Below the pieces are notes generated by a model that worked only from the letters and a program-made list of their open reading frames with translations, was not told the origin of the DNA and ran no database searches. DNA of 64,000 nt from Eledone cirrhosa (taxonomy: Eukaryota): the NCBI GenBank assembly GCA_964016885.1, contig OZ024740.1, forward strand, positions 416,082,001-416,146,000, written 5' to 3'. Below are positions 1 to 15,000 of this stretch, piece after piece. The first letter of the stretch is position 1; every line of letters starts with the position of its first letter. Both the position numbers and the translations under genes were made by a program.

Positions 1-3000
1 ATTTATTTACTACTCAAACCTTTAGAATTGGTAAATTTATTCACTACTCAAACCTTTAGAATTGCTTAATTTATTTACTACTCAAACCTTTAGAATTGCT
101 AAATTTTTTAACTACTCAAACCTTTAGAATTGCTCAAATTATTTACTACTCAAACCTTTAGAATTGCTAAATTTATTTACTATTCAAACCTTTAGAATTG
201 CTAAATTTATTTACTATTCAAACCTTTAGAATTGCTAAATTTATTTACTAGTCACACCTTTAGAATTGCTAAATTTATTTACTACTCAAACCTTTAGAAT
301 TGCTAAATTTATTTACTACTCAAACCTTTAGAATTGCTAAATTTATTTACTACTCAAACCTTTAGAATTGCTAAATTTATTTACTAATCAAACCTTTAGA
401 ATTGATGAATTTATTTACTACTCAAACCTTTAGAATTGCTAAATTTATTTACTACTCAAACCTTTAGTATTGCTAAATTTATTACTACTCAAACCTTTAG
501 AATTGCTAAATTTATTAACTACTCAAACCTTTAGAATTGCTAAATTTATTTACTACTCAAATCTTTAGAATTGCTAAATTTATTTACTACTCAAACCTTT
601 AGAATTGGTAAATTTATTCACTACTCAAACCTTTAGAATTGCTAAATTTATTTTCTACTCAAACCTTTAGAATTGCTAAATTTTTTAACTACTCAAACCT
701 TTAGAATTGCTCAAATTATTTACTACTCAAACCTTTAGAATTGCTAAATTTATTTACTATTCAAACCTTTAGAATTGCTAAATTTATTTACTATTCAAAC
801 CTTTAGAATTGCTAAATTTATTTACTAGTCACACCTTTAGAATTGCTAAATTTATTTACTACTCAAACCTTTAGAATTGCTAAGTTTATTAACTACTCAA
901 ACCTTTAGAATTGCTAAATTTATTTCATACTCAAACCTTTAGATTTGGTAAATTTATTCACTACTCAAACCTTTAGAATTGCTAAATTTATTTACTACTC
1001 AAACCTTTAGAATTGCTAAATTTATTAACTACTCAAACCTTTAGAATTGCTAAATTTATTAACTACTCAAACCTTTAGAATTGCCAAATTTATTCACTAC
1101 TCAAACCTTTAGAATTGCTAAATTTATTTACTACTCAAACCTTTAGAATTGCTAAGTTTATTAACTACTCAAACCTTTAGAATTGCTAAATTTATTTCAT
1201 ACTCAAACCTTTAGATTTGGTAAATTTATTCACTACTCAAACCTTTAGAATTGCTAAATTTATTTACTACTCAAACCTTTAGAATTGCTAAATTTATTCA
1301 CTACTCAAACCTTTAGAATTGCTAAATTTATTCACTACTCAAACCTTTAGAATTGCTAAATTTATTTACTACTCAAACCTTTAGAATTGATGAATTTATT
1401 TACTACTCAAACCTTTAGAATTGCTAAATTTATTTACAATTCAATCCTTTAGAATTGCTAAATTTATTTACTACTCAACCCTTTAGAATTGCTAAATTTA
1501 TTTACTACTCAAACCTTTAGAATTGCTAAATTTATTTACTATTCAATCCTTTAGAATTGCTAAATTTATTTACTACTCAAACCTTTAGAATTGCTAAATT
1601 TATTTACTACTCAAACCTTTAGAATTGCTAAATTTATTTACTACTCAAACCTTTAGAATTGCTAAATTTATTTACTACTCAAACCTTTAGAATTGCTAAA
1701 TTTATTTACTATTCAATACTTTAGAATTGCTAAATTTATTTACTACTCAAACCTTTAGAATTGCTAAATTTATTTACTACTCAAACGTTTAGAATTGCTA
1801 AATTTATTTACTACTCAAACCTTTAGAATTGCTAAATTTATTTACTAATCAAACCTTTAGAATTGATGAATTTATTTACTACTCAAACCTTTAGAATTGC
1901 TAAATTTATTTACTACTCAAACGTTTAGTATTGCTAAATTTATTACTACTCAAACCTTTAGAATTGCTAAATTTATTTACTACTCAAATCTTTAGAATTG
2001 CTAAATTTATTTACTACTCAAACCTTTAGAATTGGTAAATTTATTCACTACTCAAACCTTTAGAATTGCTAAATTTATTTACTACTCAAACCTTTAGAAT
2101 TGCTAAATTTTTTAACTACTCAAACCTTTAGAATTGCTCAAATTATTTACTACTCAAACCTTTAGAATTGCTAAATTTATTTACTATTCAAACCTTTAGA
2201 ATTGCTAAATTTATTTACTACTCAAACCTTTAGAAATGCTAAATTTATTTACTACTCACACCTTTTGAATTGCTAAATGTATTTACTACTCACACCTTTA
2301 GAATTGCTAAATTTATTTACTACTCAAACCTTTAGAATTGCTAAATTTATTTACTACTCAAACCTTTAGAATTGCTAAATTTATTAACTACTCAAACCTT
2401 TAGAATTGCTAAAATTATTTACTACTCAAACCTTTAGAATTGCTAACTTTATTTACTACTCAAACCTTTAGAATTGATAAATTTATTTACTACTCAAACC
2501 TTTTAAATTGCTAAATGTATTTACTACTCACACTGTTAGAATTGCTAAATTTATTTACTACTCAAACCTTTAGAATTGCTAAATTTATTTACTACTCAAA
2601 CCTTTAGAATTGCTAAATTTATTAACTATTCAAACCTATAGAATTGCTAAAATTATTTACTACTCAAACCTTTAGAATTGCTAAAGTTATTTACTACTCA
2701 AACCTTTAGAATTGATAAATTTATTTACTACTCAAACCTTTAGAATTGCTAAATTTATTTACTATTCAATCCTTTAGAATTGCAAAATTTATTTACTACT
2801 CAAACCTTTAGAATTGCTAAATTTATTCACTACTCAAACCTTTTGAATTGCTAAATTTATTTACTACTCAAACCTTTAGAATTGCTAAATTTATTTACTA
2901 TTCAAACCTTTAGAATTGCTAAATTTATTTACTAGTCACACCTTTAGAATTGCTAAATTTATTTACTACTCAAACCTTTAGATTTGGTAAATTTATTCAC

Positions 3001-6000
3001 TACTCAAACCTTTAGAATTGCTAAATTTATTTACTACTCAAACCTTTTGAATTGCTAAATTTATTAACTACTCAAACCTTTAGAATTGCTAAATTTATTA
3101 ACTACTCAAACCTTTAGAATTGCTAAATTTATTAACTATTCAAGCCTATAGAATTGCTAAAATTATTTACTACTCAAACCTTTAGAATTGCTAAATTTAT
3201 TTACTACTCAAACCTTTAGAATTGATGAATTTATTTACTACTCAAACCTTTAGAATTGCTAACTTTATTTACAATTCAATCCTTTAGAATTGCTAAATTT
3301 ATTTACTACTCAACCCTTTAGAATTGCTAAATTTATTTACTACTCAAACCTTTAGAATTGCTAAATTTATTTACTATTCAATCCTTTAGAATTGCTAAAT
3401 TTATTTACTACTCAAACCTTTAGAATTGCTAAATTTATTTACTACTCAAACCTTTAGAATTGCTAAATTTATTTACTACTCAAACCTTTAGAATTGCTAA
3501 ATTTATTTACTACTCAAACCTTTAGAATTGCTAAATTTATTTACTATTCAATCCTTTAGAATTGCTAAATTTATTTACTACTCAAACCTTTAGAATTGCT
3601 AAATTTATTTACTACTCAAACCTTTAGAATTGCTAAATTTATTTACTACTCAAACCTTTAGAATTGCTAAATTTATTTACTAATCAAACCTTTAGAATTG
3701 ATAAATTTATTTACTACTCAAACCTTTAGAATTGCTAAATGTATTTACTACTCACACTTTTAGAATTGCTAAATTTATTTACTACTCAAACCTTTAGAAT
3801 TGCTAAATTTATTTACTACTCAAACCTTTAGAATTGCTAAATTTATTAACTATTCAAACCTATAGAATTGCTAAAATTATTTACTACTCAAACCTTTAGA
3901 ATTGCTAAATTTATTTACTACTCAAACCTTTAGAATTGATAAATTTATTTACTACTCAAACCTTTAGAATTGCTAAATTTATTTACTATTCAATCCTTTA
4001 GAATTGCTAAATTTATTTACTACTCAAACCTTTAGAATTGCTAAATTTATTCACTACTCAAACCTTCAGAATTGCTAAATTTATTTACTATTCAAACCTT
4101 TAGAATTGCTAAATTTATTTACTACTCAAACCTTTAGAATTGCTAAATTTATTTACTACTCAAACCTTTAGAATTGCTAAATTTATTTCATACTCAAACC
4201 TTTAGATTTGGTAAATTTATTCACTACTCAAACCTTTAGAATTGCTAAATTTATTTACTACTCAAACCTTTAGAATTGCTAAATTTATTCACTACTCAAA
4301 CCTTTAGAATTGCTAAATTTATTCACTACTCAAACCTTTAGAATTGCTAAATTTATTTACTACTCAAACCTTTAGAATTGATAAATTTATTTACTACTTA
4401 AACTTTTAGAATTGCTAAATTTATTAACTATTCAAGCCTATAGAATTGCTAAAATTATTTACTACTCAAACCTTTAGAATTGCTAAATTTATTTACTACT
4501 CAAACCTTTAGAATTGATGAATTTATTTACTACTCAAACCTTTAGAATTGCTAAATTTATTTACAATTCAATCCTTTAGAATTGCTAAATTTATTTACTA
4601 TTCAATACTTTAGAATTGCTAAATTTATTTACTACTCAAACCTTTAGAATTGCTAAATTTATTTACTACTCAAACCTTTAGAATTGCTAAATTTATTTAC
4701 TACTCAAACCTTTAGAATTGCTAAATTTATTTACTAATCAAACCTTTAGAATTGATGAATTTATTTACTACTCAAACCTTTAGAATTGCTAAATTTATTT
4801 ACTACTCAAACGTTTAGTATTGCTAAATTTATTACTACTCAAACCTTTAGAATTGCTAAATTTATTTACTACTCAAATCTTTAGAATTGCTAAATTTATT
4901 TACTACTCAAACCTTTAGAATTGGTAAATTTATTCACTACTCAAACCTTTAGAATTGCTAAATTTATTTACTACTCAAACCTTTAGAATTGCTAAATTTT
5001 TTAACTACTCAAACCTTTAGAATTGCTCAAATTATTTACTACTCAAACCTTTAGAATTGCTAAATTTATTTACTATTCAAACCTTTAGAATTGCTAAATT
5101 TATTTACTACTCAAACCTTTAGAAATGCTAAATTTATTTACTACTCACACCTTTTGAATTGCTAAATGTATTTACTACTCACACCTTTAGAATTGCTAAA
5201 TTTATTTACTACTCAAACCTTTAGAATTGCTAAATTTATTTACTACTCAAACCTTTAGAATTGCTAAATTTATTAACTACTCAAACCTTTAGAATTGCTA
5301 AAATTATTTACTACTCAAACCTTTAGAATTGCTAACTTTATTTACCACTCAAACCTTTAGAATTGATAAATTTATTTACTACTCAAACCTTTTAAATTGC
5401 TAAATGTATTTACTACTCACACTGTTAGAATTGCTAAATTTATTTACTACTCAAACCTTTAGAATTGCTAAATTTATTTACTACTCAAACCTTTAGAATT
5501 GCTAAATTTATTAACTATTCAAACCTATAGAATTGCTAAAATCATTTACTACTCAAACCTTTAGAATTGCTAAATTTATTTACTACTCAAACATTTAGAA
5601 TTGATAAATTTATTTACTACTCAAACCTTTAGAATTGCTAAATTTATTTACTATTCAATCCTTTAGAATTGCAAAATTTATTTACTACTCAAACCTTTAG
5701 AATTGATAAATTTATTCACTACTCAAACCTTTTGAATTGCTAAATTTATTTACTACTCAAACCTTTAGAATTGCTAAATTTATTTACTATTCAAACCTTT
5801 AGAATTGCTAAATTTATTTACTAGTCACACCTTTAGAATTGCTAAATTTATTTACTACTCAAACCTTTAGATTTGGTAAATTTATTCACTACTCAAACCT
5901 TTAGAATTGCTAAATTTATTTACTACTCAAACCTTTTGAATTGCTAAATTTATTAACTACTCAAACCTTTAGAATTGCTAAATTTATTAACTACTCAAAC

Positions 6001-9000
6001 CTTTAGAATTGCTAAATTTATTAACTATTCAAGCCTATAGAATTGCTAAAATTATTTACTACTCAAACCTTTAGAATTGCTAAATTTATTTACTACTCAA
6101 ACCTTTAGAATTGATAAATTTATTTACTACTCAAACCTTTAGAATTGCTAACTTTATTTACAATTCAATCCTTTAGAATTGCTAAATTTATTTACTACTC
6201 AACCCTTTAGAATTGCTAAATTTATTTACTACTCAAACCTTTAGAATTGCTAAATTTATTTACTATTCAATCCTTTAGAATTGCTAAATTTATTTACTAC
6301 TCAAACCTTTAGAATTGCTAAATTTATTTACTACTCAAACCTTTAGAATTGCTAAATTTATTTACTACTCAAACCTTTAGAATTGCTAAATTTATTTACT
6401 ACTCAAACCTTTAGAATTGCTAAATTTATTTACTATTCAATCCTTTAGAATTGCTAAATTTATTTACTACTCAAACCTTTAGAATTGCTAAATTTATTTA
6501 CTACTGAAACCTTTAGAATTGCTAAATTTATTTACTACTCAAACCTTTAGAATTGCTAAATTTATTTACTAATCAAACCTTTAGAATTGATAAATTTATT
6601 TACTACTCAAACCTTTAGAATTGCTAAATGTATTTACTACTCACACTTTTAGAATTGCTAAATTTATTTACTACTCAAACCTTTAGAATTGCTAAATTTA
6701 TTTACTACTCAAACCTTTAGAATTGCTAAATTTATTAACTATTCAAACCTATAGAATTGCTAAAATTATTTACTACTCAAACCTTTAGAATTGCTAAATT
6801 TATTTACTACTCAAACCTTTAGAATTGATAAATTTATTTACTACTCAAACCTTTAGAATTGCTAAATTTATTTACTATTCAATCCTTTAGAATTGCTAAA
6901 TTTATTTACTACTCAAACCTTTAGAATTGCTAAATTTATTCACTACTCAAACCTTTTGAATTGCTAAATTTATTTACTATTCAAACCTTTAGAATTGCTA
7001 AATTTATTTACTACTCAAACCTTTAGAATTCCTAAATTTATTTACTACTCAAACCTTTAGAATTGCTAAATTTATTTCATACTCAAACCTTTAGATTTGG
7101 TAAATTTATTCACTACTCAAACCTTTAGAATTGCTCAATTTATTTACTACTCAAACCTTTAGAATTGCTAAATTTATTAACTACTCAAACCTTTAGAATT
7201 GCTAAATTTATTAACTACTCAAACCTTTAGAATTGCTAAATTTATTCACTACTCAAACCTTTAGAATTGCTAAATTTATTCACTACTCAAACCTTTAGAA
7301 TTGCTAAATTTATTTACTACTCAAACCTTTAGAATTGATAAATTTATTTACTACACAAACCTTTAGAATTGCTAAATTATTAACTATTCAAGCCTATAGA
7401 ATTGCTAAAATTATTTACTACTCAAACCTTTAGAATTGCTAAATTTATTTACTACTCAAACCTTTAGAATTGATAAATTTATTTACTACTCAAACCTTTA
7501 GAATTGCTAAATTTATTTACAATTCAATCCTTTAGAATTGCTAAATTTATTTACTACTCAACCCTTTAGAATTGCTAAATTTATTTACTACTCAAACCTT
7601 TAGAATTGCTAAATTTATTTACTATTCAATCCTTTAGAATTGCTAAATTTATTTACTACTCAAACCTTTAGAATTGCTAAATTTATTTACTACTCAAACC
7701 TTTAGAATTGCTAAATTTATTTACTACTCAAACCTTTAGAATTGCTAAATTTATTTACTACTCAAACCTTTAGAATTGCTAAATTTATTTACTATTCAAT
7801 ACTTTAGAATTGCTAAATTTATTTACTACTCAAACCTTTAGAATTGCTAAATTTATTTACTACTCAAACCTTTAGAATTGCTAAATTTATTTACTACTCA
7901 AACCTTTAGAATTGCTAAATTTATTTACTAATCAAACCTTTAGAATTGATGAATTTATTTACTACTCAAACCTTTAGAATTGCTAAATTTATTTACTACT
8001 CAAACCTTTAGTATTGCTAAATTTATTACTACTCAAACATTTAGAATTGCTAAATTTATTAACTACTCAAACCTTTAGAATTGCTAAATTTATTTACTAC
8101 TCAAATCTTTAGAATTGCTAAATTTATTTACTACTCAAACCTTTAGAATTGCTAAATTTATTCACTACTCAAACCTTTAGAATTGCTAAATTTATTTACT
8201 ACTCAAACCTTTAGAATTGCTAAATTTTTTAACTACTCAAACCATTAGAATTGCTCAAATTATTTACTACTCAAACCTTTAGTATTGCTAAATTTATTTA
8301 CTACTCAAGCCTTTAGAATTGCTAAATTTATTTACTACTCAAACCTTTAGAATTGCTAAATTTATTAACTATTCAAGCCTATAGAATTGCTAAAATTATT
8401 TACTACTCAAACCTTTAGAATTGCTAAATTTATTTACTACTCAAACCTTTAGAATTGATAAATTTATTTACTACTCAAACCTTTAGAATTGCTAAATTTA
8501 TTTACAATTCAATCCTTTAGAATTGCTAAATTTATTTACTACTCAACCCTTTAGAATTGCTAAATTTATTTACTACTCAAACCTTTAGAATTGCTAAATT
8601 TATTTACTATTCAATCCTTTAGAATTGCTAAATTTATTTACTACTCAAACCTTTAGAATTGCTAAATTTATTTACTACTCAAACCTTTAGAATTGCTAAA
8701 TTTATTTACTACTCAAACCTTTAGAATTGCTAAATTTATTTACTACTCAAACCTTTAGAATTGCTAAATATATTTACTATTCAATCCTTTAGAATTGCTA
8801 AATTTATTTACTACTCAAACCTTTAGAATTGCTAAATTTATTTACTACTCAAACCTTTAGAATTGCTAAATTTATTTACTAATCAAACCTTTAGAATTGA
8901 TGAATTTATTTACTACTCAAACCTTTAGAATTGCTAAATTTATTTACTACTCAAACCTTTAGAATTGCTAAATTTATTTACTACTCAAACCTTTAGAATT

Positions 9001-12000
9001 GCTAAATTTTTTAACTACTCAAACCTTTAGAATTGCTCAAATTATTTACTACTCAAACCTTTAGAATTGCTAAATTTATTTACTATTCAAACCTTTAGAA
9101 TTGCTAACTTTATTTACTACTCAAACCTTTAGAATTGATAAATTTATTTACTACTCAAACCTTTTAAATTGCTAAATGTATTTACTACTCACACTTTTAG
9201 AATTGCTAAATTTATTTACTACTCAAACCTTTAGAATTGCTAAATTTATTTACTACTCAAACCTTTAGAATTGCTAAATTTATTAACTATTCAAACCTAT
9301 AGAATTGCTAAAATTATTTACTACTCAAACCTTTAGAATTGCTAAATTTATTTACTACTCAAACCTTTAGAATTGATAAATTTATTTACTACTCAAACCT
9401 TTAGAATTGCTAAATTTATTTACTATTCAATCCTTTAGAATTGCAAAATTTATTTACTACTCAAACCTTTAGAATTGCTAAATTTATTCACTACTCAAAC
9501 CTTTTGAATTGCTAAATTTATTTACTACTCAAACCTTTAGAATTGCTAAATTTATTTACTATTCAAACCTTTAGAATTGCTAAATTTATTTACTAGTCAC
9601 ACCTTTAGAATTGCTAAATTTATTTACTACTCAAACCTTTAGATTTGGTAAATTTATTCACTACTCAAACCTTTAGAATTGCTAAATTTATTTACTACTC
9701 AAACCTTTTGAATTGCTAAATTTATTAACTACTCAAACCTTTAGAATTGCTAAATTTATTAACTACTCAAACCTTTAGAATTGCTAAATTTATTAACTAT
9801 TCAAGCCTATAGAATTGCTAAAATTATTTACTACTCAAACATTTAGAATTGCTAAATTTATTTACTACTCAAACCTTTAGAATTGATAAATTTATTTACT
9901 ACTCAAACCTTTAGAATTGCTAACTTTATTTACAATTCAATCCTTTAGAATTGCTAAATTTATTTACTACTCAACCCTTTAGAATTGCTAAATTTATTTA
10001 CTACTCAACCCTTTAGAATTGCTAAATTTATTTACTACTCAAACCTTTAGAATTGCTAAATTTATTTACTATTCAATCCTTTAGAATTGCTAAATTTATT
10101 TACTACTCAAACCTTTAGAATTGCTAAATTTATTTACTACTCAAACCTTTAGAATTGCTAAATTTATTTACTACTCAAACCTTTAGAATTGCTAAATTTA
10201 TTTACTACTCAAACCTTTAGAATTGCTAAATTTATTTACTATTCAATCCTTTAGAATTGCTAAATTTATTTACTACTCAAACCTTTAGAATTGCTAAATT
10301 TATTTACTACTCAAACCTTTCGAATTGCTAAATTTATTTACTAATCAAACCTTTAGAATTGATGAATTTATTTACTACTCAAACCTTTAGAATTGCTAAA
10401 TTTATTTACTACTCAAACCTTTAGAATTGCTAAATTTATTTACTACTCAAACCTTTAGAATTGCTAAATTTTTTAACTACTCAAACCTTTAGAATTGCTC
10501 AAATTATTTACTACTCAAACCTTTAGAATTGCTAAATTTATTTACTATTCAAACCTTTAGAATTGCTAAATTTATTTACTACTCAAACCTTTAGAAATGC
10601 TAAATTTATTTACTACTCACACCTTTTGAATTGCTAAATGTATTTACTACTCACACCTTTAGAATTGCTAAATTTATTTACTACTCAAACCTTTAGAATT
10701 GCTAAATTTATTTACTACTCAAACCTTTAGAATTGCTAAATTTATTAACTACTCAAACCTTTAGAATTGCTAAAATTATTTACTACTCAAACCTTTAGAA
10801 TTGCTAACTTTATTTACTACTCAAACCTTTAGAATTGATAAATTTATTTACTACTCAAACCTTTTAAATTGCTAAATGTATTTACTACTCACACTTTTAG
10901 AATTGCTAAATTTATTTACTACTCAAACCTTTAGAATTGCTAAATTTATTTACTACTCAAACCTTTAGAATTGCTAAATTTATTAACTATTCAAACCTAT
11001 AGAATTGCTAAAATTATTTACTACTCAAACCTTTAGAATTGCTAAATTTATTTACTACTCAAACCTTTAGAATTGATAAATTTATTTACTACTCAAACCT
11101 TTAGAATTGCTAAATTTATTTACTATTCAATCCTTTAGAATTGCAAAATTTATTTACTACTCAAACCTTTAGAATTGCTAAATTTATTCACTACTCAAAC
11201 CTTTTGAATTGCTAAATTTATTTACTACTCAAACCTTTAGAATTGCTAAATTTATTTACTATTCAAACCTTTAGAATTGCTAAATTTATTTACTAGTCAC
11301 ACCTTTAGAATTGCTAAATTTATTTACTACTCAAACCTTTAGATTTGGTAAATTTATTCACTACTCAAACCTTTAGAATTGCTAAATTTATTTACTACTC
11401 AAACCTTTTGAATTGCTAAATTTATTAACTACTCAAACCTTTAGAATTGCTAAATTTATTAACTACTCAAACCTTTAGAATTGCTAAATTTATTAACTAT
11501 TCAAGCCTATAGAATTGCTAAAATTATTTACTACTCAAACCTTTAGAATTGCTAAATTTATTTACTACTCAAACCTTTAGAATTGATAAATTTATTTACT
11601 ACTCAAACCTTTAGAATTGCTAACTTTATTTACAATTCAATCCTTTAGAATTGCTAAATTTATTTACTACTCAACCCTTTAGAATTGCTAAATTTATTTA
11701 CTACTCAAACCTTTAGAATTGCTAAATTTATTTACTATTCAATCCTTTAGAATTGCTAAATTTATTTACTACTCAAACCTTTAGAATTGCTAAATTTATT
11801 TACTACTCAAACCTTTAGAATTGCTAAATTTATTTACTACTCAAACCTTTAGAATTGCTAAATTTATTTACTACTCAAACCTTTAGAATTGCTAAATTTA
11901 TTTACTATTCAATCCTTTAGAATTGCTAAATTTATTTACTACTCAAACCTTTAGAATTGCTAAATTTATTTACTACTCAAACCTTTAGAATTGCTAAATT

Positions 12001-15000
12001 TATTTACTACTCAAACCTTTAGAATTGCTAAATTTATTTACTAATCAAACCTTTAGAATTGATAAATTTATTTACTACTCAAACCTTTAGAATTGCTAAA
12101 TGTATTTACTACTCACACTTTTAGAATTGCTAAAATTATTTACTACTCAAACCTTTAGAATTGCTAAATTTATTTACTACTCAAACCTTTAGAATTGATA
12201 AATTTATTTACTACTCAAACCTTTAGAATTGCTAAATTTATTTACTATTCAATCCTTTAGAATTGCTAAATTTATTTACTACTCAAACCTTTAGAATTGC
12301 TAAATTTATTCACTACTCAAACCTTTTGAATTGCTAAATTTATTTACTATTCAAACCTTTAGAATTGCTAAATTTATTTACTACTCAAACCTTTAGAATT
12401 GCTAAATTTATTTACTACTCAAACCTTTAGAATTGCTAAATTTATTTCATACTCAAACCTTTAGATTTGGTAAATTTATTCACTACTCAAACCTTTAGAA
12501 TTGCTCAATTTATTTACTACTCAAACCTTTAGAATTGCTAAATTTATTAACTACTCAAACCTTTAGAATTGCTAAATTTATTAACTACTCAAACCTTTAG
12601 AATTGCTAAATTTATTCACTACTCAAACCTTTAGAATTGCTAAATTTATTCACTACTCAAACCTTTAGAATTGCTAAATTTATTTACTACTCAAACCTTT
12701 AGAATTGATAAATTTATTTACTACTCAAACCTTTAGAATTGCTAAATTATTAACTATTCAAGCCTATAGAATTGCTAAAATTATTTACTACTCAAACCTT
12801 TAGAATTGCTAAATTTATTTACTACTCAAACCTTTAGAATTGATAAATTTATTTACTACTCAAACCTTTAGAATTGCTAAATTTATTTACAATTCAATCC
12901 TTTAGAATTGCTAAATTTATTTACTACTCAACCCTTTAGAATTGCTAAATTTATTTACTACTCAAACCTTTAGAATTGCTAAATTTATTTACTATTCAAT
13001 CCTTTAGAATTGCTAAATTTATTTACTACTCAAACCTTTAGAATTGCTAAATTTATTTACTACTCAAACCTTTAGAATTGCTAAATTTATTTACTACTCA
13101 AACCTTTAGAATTGCTAAATTTATTTACTACTCAAACCTTTAGAATTGCTAAATTTATTTACTATTCAATACTTTAGAATTGCTAAATTTATTTACTACT
13201 CAAACCTTTAGAATTGCTAAATTTATTTACTACTCAAACCTTTAGAATTGCTAAATTTATTTACTACTCAAACCTTTAGAATTGCTAAATTTATTTACTA
13301 ATCAAACCTTTAGAATTGATGAATTTATTTACTACTCAAACCTTTAGAATTGCTAAATTTATTTACTACTCAAACCTTTAGTATTGCTAAATTTATTACT
13401 ACTCAAACATTTAGAATTGCTAAATTTATTAACTACTCAAACCTTTAGAATTGCTAAATTTATTTACTACTCAAATCTTTAGAATTGCTAAATTTATTTA
13501 CTACTCAAACCTTTAGAATTGCTAAATTTATTCACTACTCAAACCTTTAGAATTGCTAAATTTATTTACTACTCAAACCTTTAGAATTGCTAAATTTTTT
13601 AACTACTCAAACCTTAAGAATTGCTCAAATTATTTACTACTCAAACCTTTAGTATTGCTAAATTTATTTACTACTCAAGCCTTTAGAATTGCTAAATTTA
13701 TTTACTACTCAAACCTTTAGAATTGCTAAATTTATTAACTATTCAAGCCTATAGAATTGCTAAAATTATTTACTACTCAAACCTTTAGAATTGCTAAATT
13801 TATTTACTACTCAAACCTTTAGAATTGATAAATTTATTTACTACTCAAACCTTTAGAATTGCTAAATTTATTTACAATTCAATCCTTTAGAATTGCTAAA
13901 TTTATTTACTACTCAACCCTTTAGAATTGCTAAATTTATTTACTACTCAAACCTTTAGAATTGCTAAATTTATTTACTATTCAATCCTTTAGAATTGCTA
14001 AATTTATTTACTACTCAAACCTTTAGAATTGCTAAATTTATTTACTACTCAAACCTTTAGAATTGCTAAATTTATTTACTACTCAAACCTTTAGAATTGC
14101 TAAATTTATTTACTACTCAAACCTTTAGAATTGCTAAATTTATTTACTATTCAATCCTTTAGAATTGCTAAATTTATTTACTACTCAAACCTTTAGAATT
14201 GCTAAATTTATTTACTACTCAAACCTTTAGAATTGCTAAATTTATTTACTACTCAAACCTTTAGAATTGCTAAATTTATTTACTAATCAAACCTTTAGAA
14301 TTGATGAATTTATTTACTACTCAAACCTTTAGAATTGCTAAATTTATTTACTACTCAAACCTTTAGTATTGCTAAATTTATTACTACTCAAACCTTTAGA
14401 ATTGCTAAATTTATTAACTACTCAAACCTTTAGAATTGCTAAATTTATTTACTACTCAAATCTTTAGAATTGCTAAATTTATTTACTACTCAAACCTTTA
14501 GAATTGGTAAATTTATTCACTACTCAAACCTTTAGAATGGCTAAATTTATTTACTACTCAAACCTTTAGAATTGCTAAATTTATTAACTACTCAAACCTT
14601 TAGAATTGCTAAAATTATTTACTACTCGAACCTTTAGAATTGCTAAATTTATTTACTACTCAAACCTTTAGAATTGATAAATTTATTTACTACTCAAACC
14701 TTTAGAATTGCTAAATGTATTTACTACTCACACTTTTAGAATTGCTAAATTTATTTACTACTCAAACCTTTAGAATTGCTAAATTTATTTACTACTCAAA
14801 CCTTTAGAATTGCTAAATTTATTAACTATTCAAACCTATAGAATTGCTAAAATTATTTACTACTCAAACCTTTAGAATTGCTAAATTTATTTACTACTCA
14901 AACCTTTAGAATTGATAAATTTATTTACTACTCAAACCTTTAGAATTGCTAAATTTATTTACTATTCAATCCTTTAGAATTGCTAAATTTATTTACTACT

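Noticed and set aside
1541-1720. 170-bp (5-monomer, nucleosome-sized) periodicity of the TATTCAAT variant
   Set aside because: The spacing is inherited within duplicated blocks and is 136 or 204 bp elsewhere, so it is not a general period.
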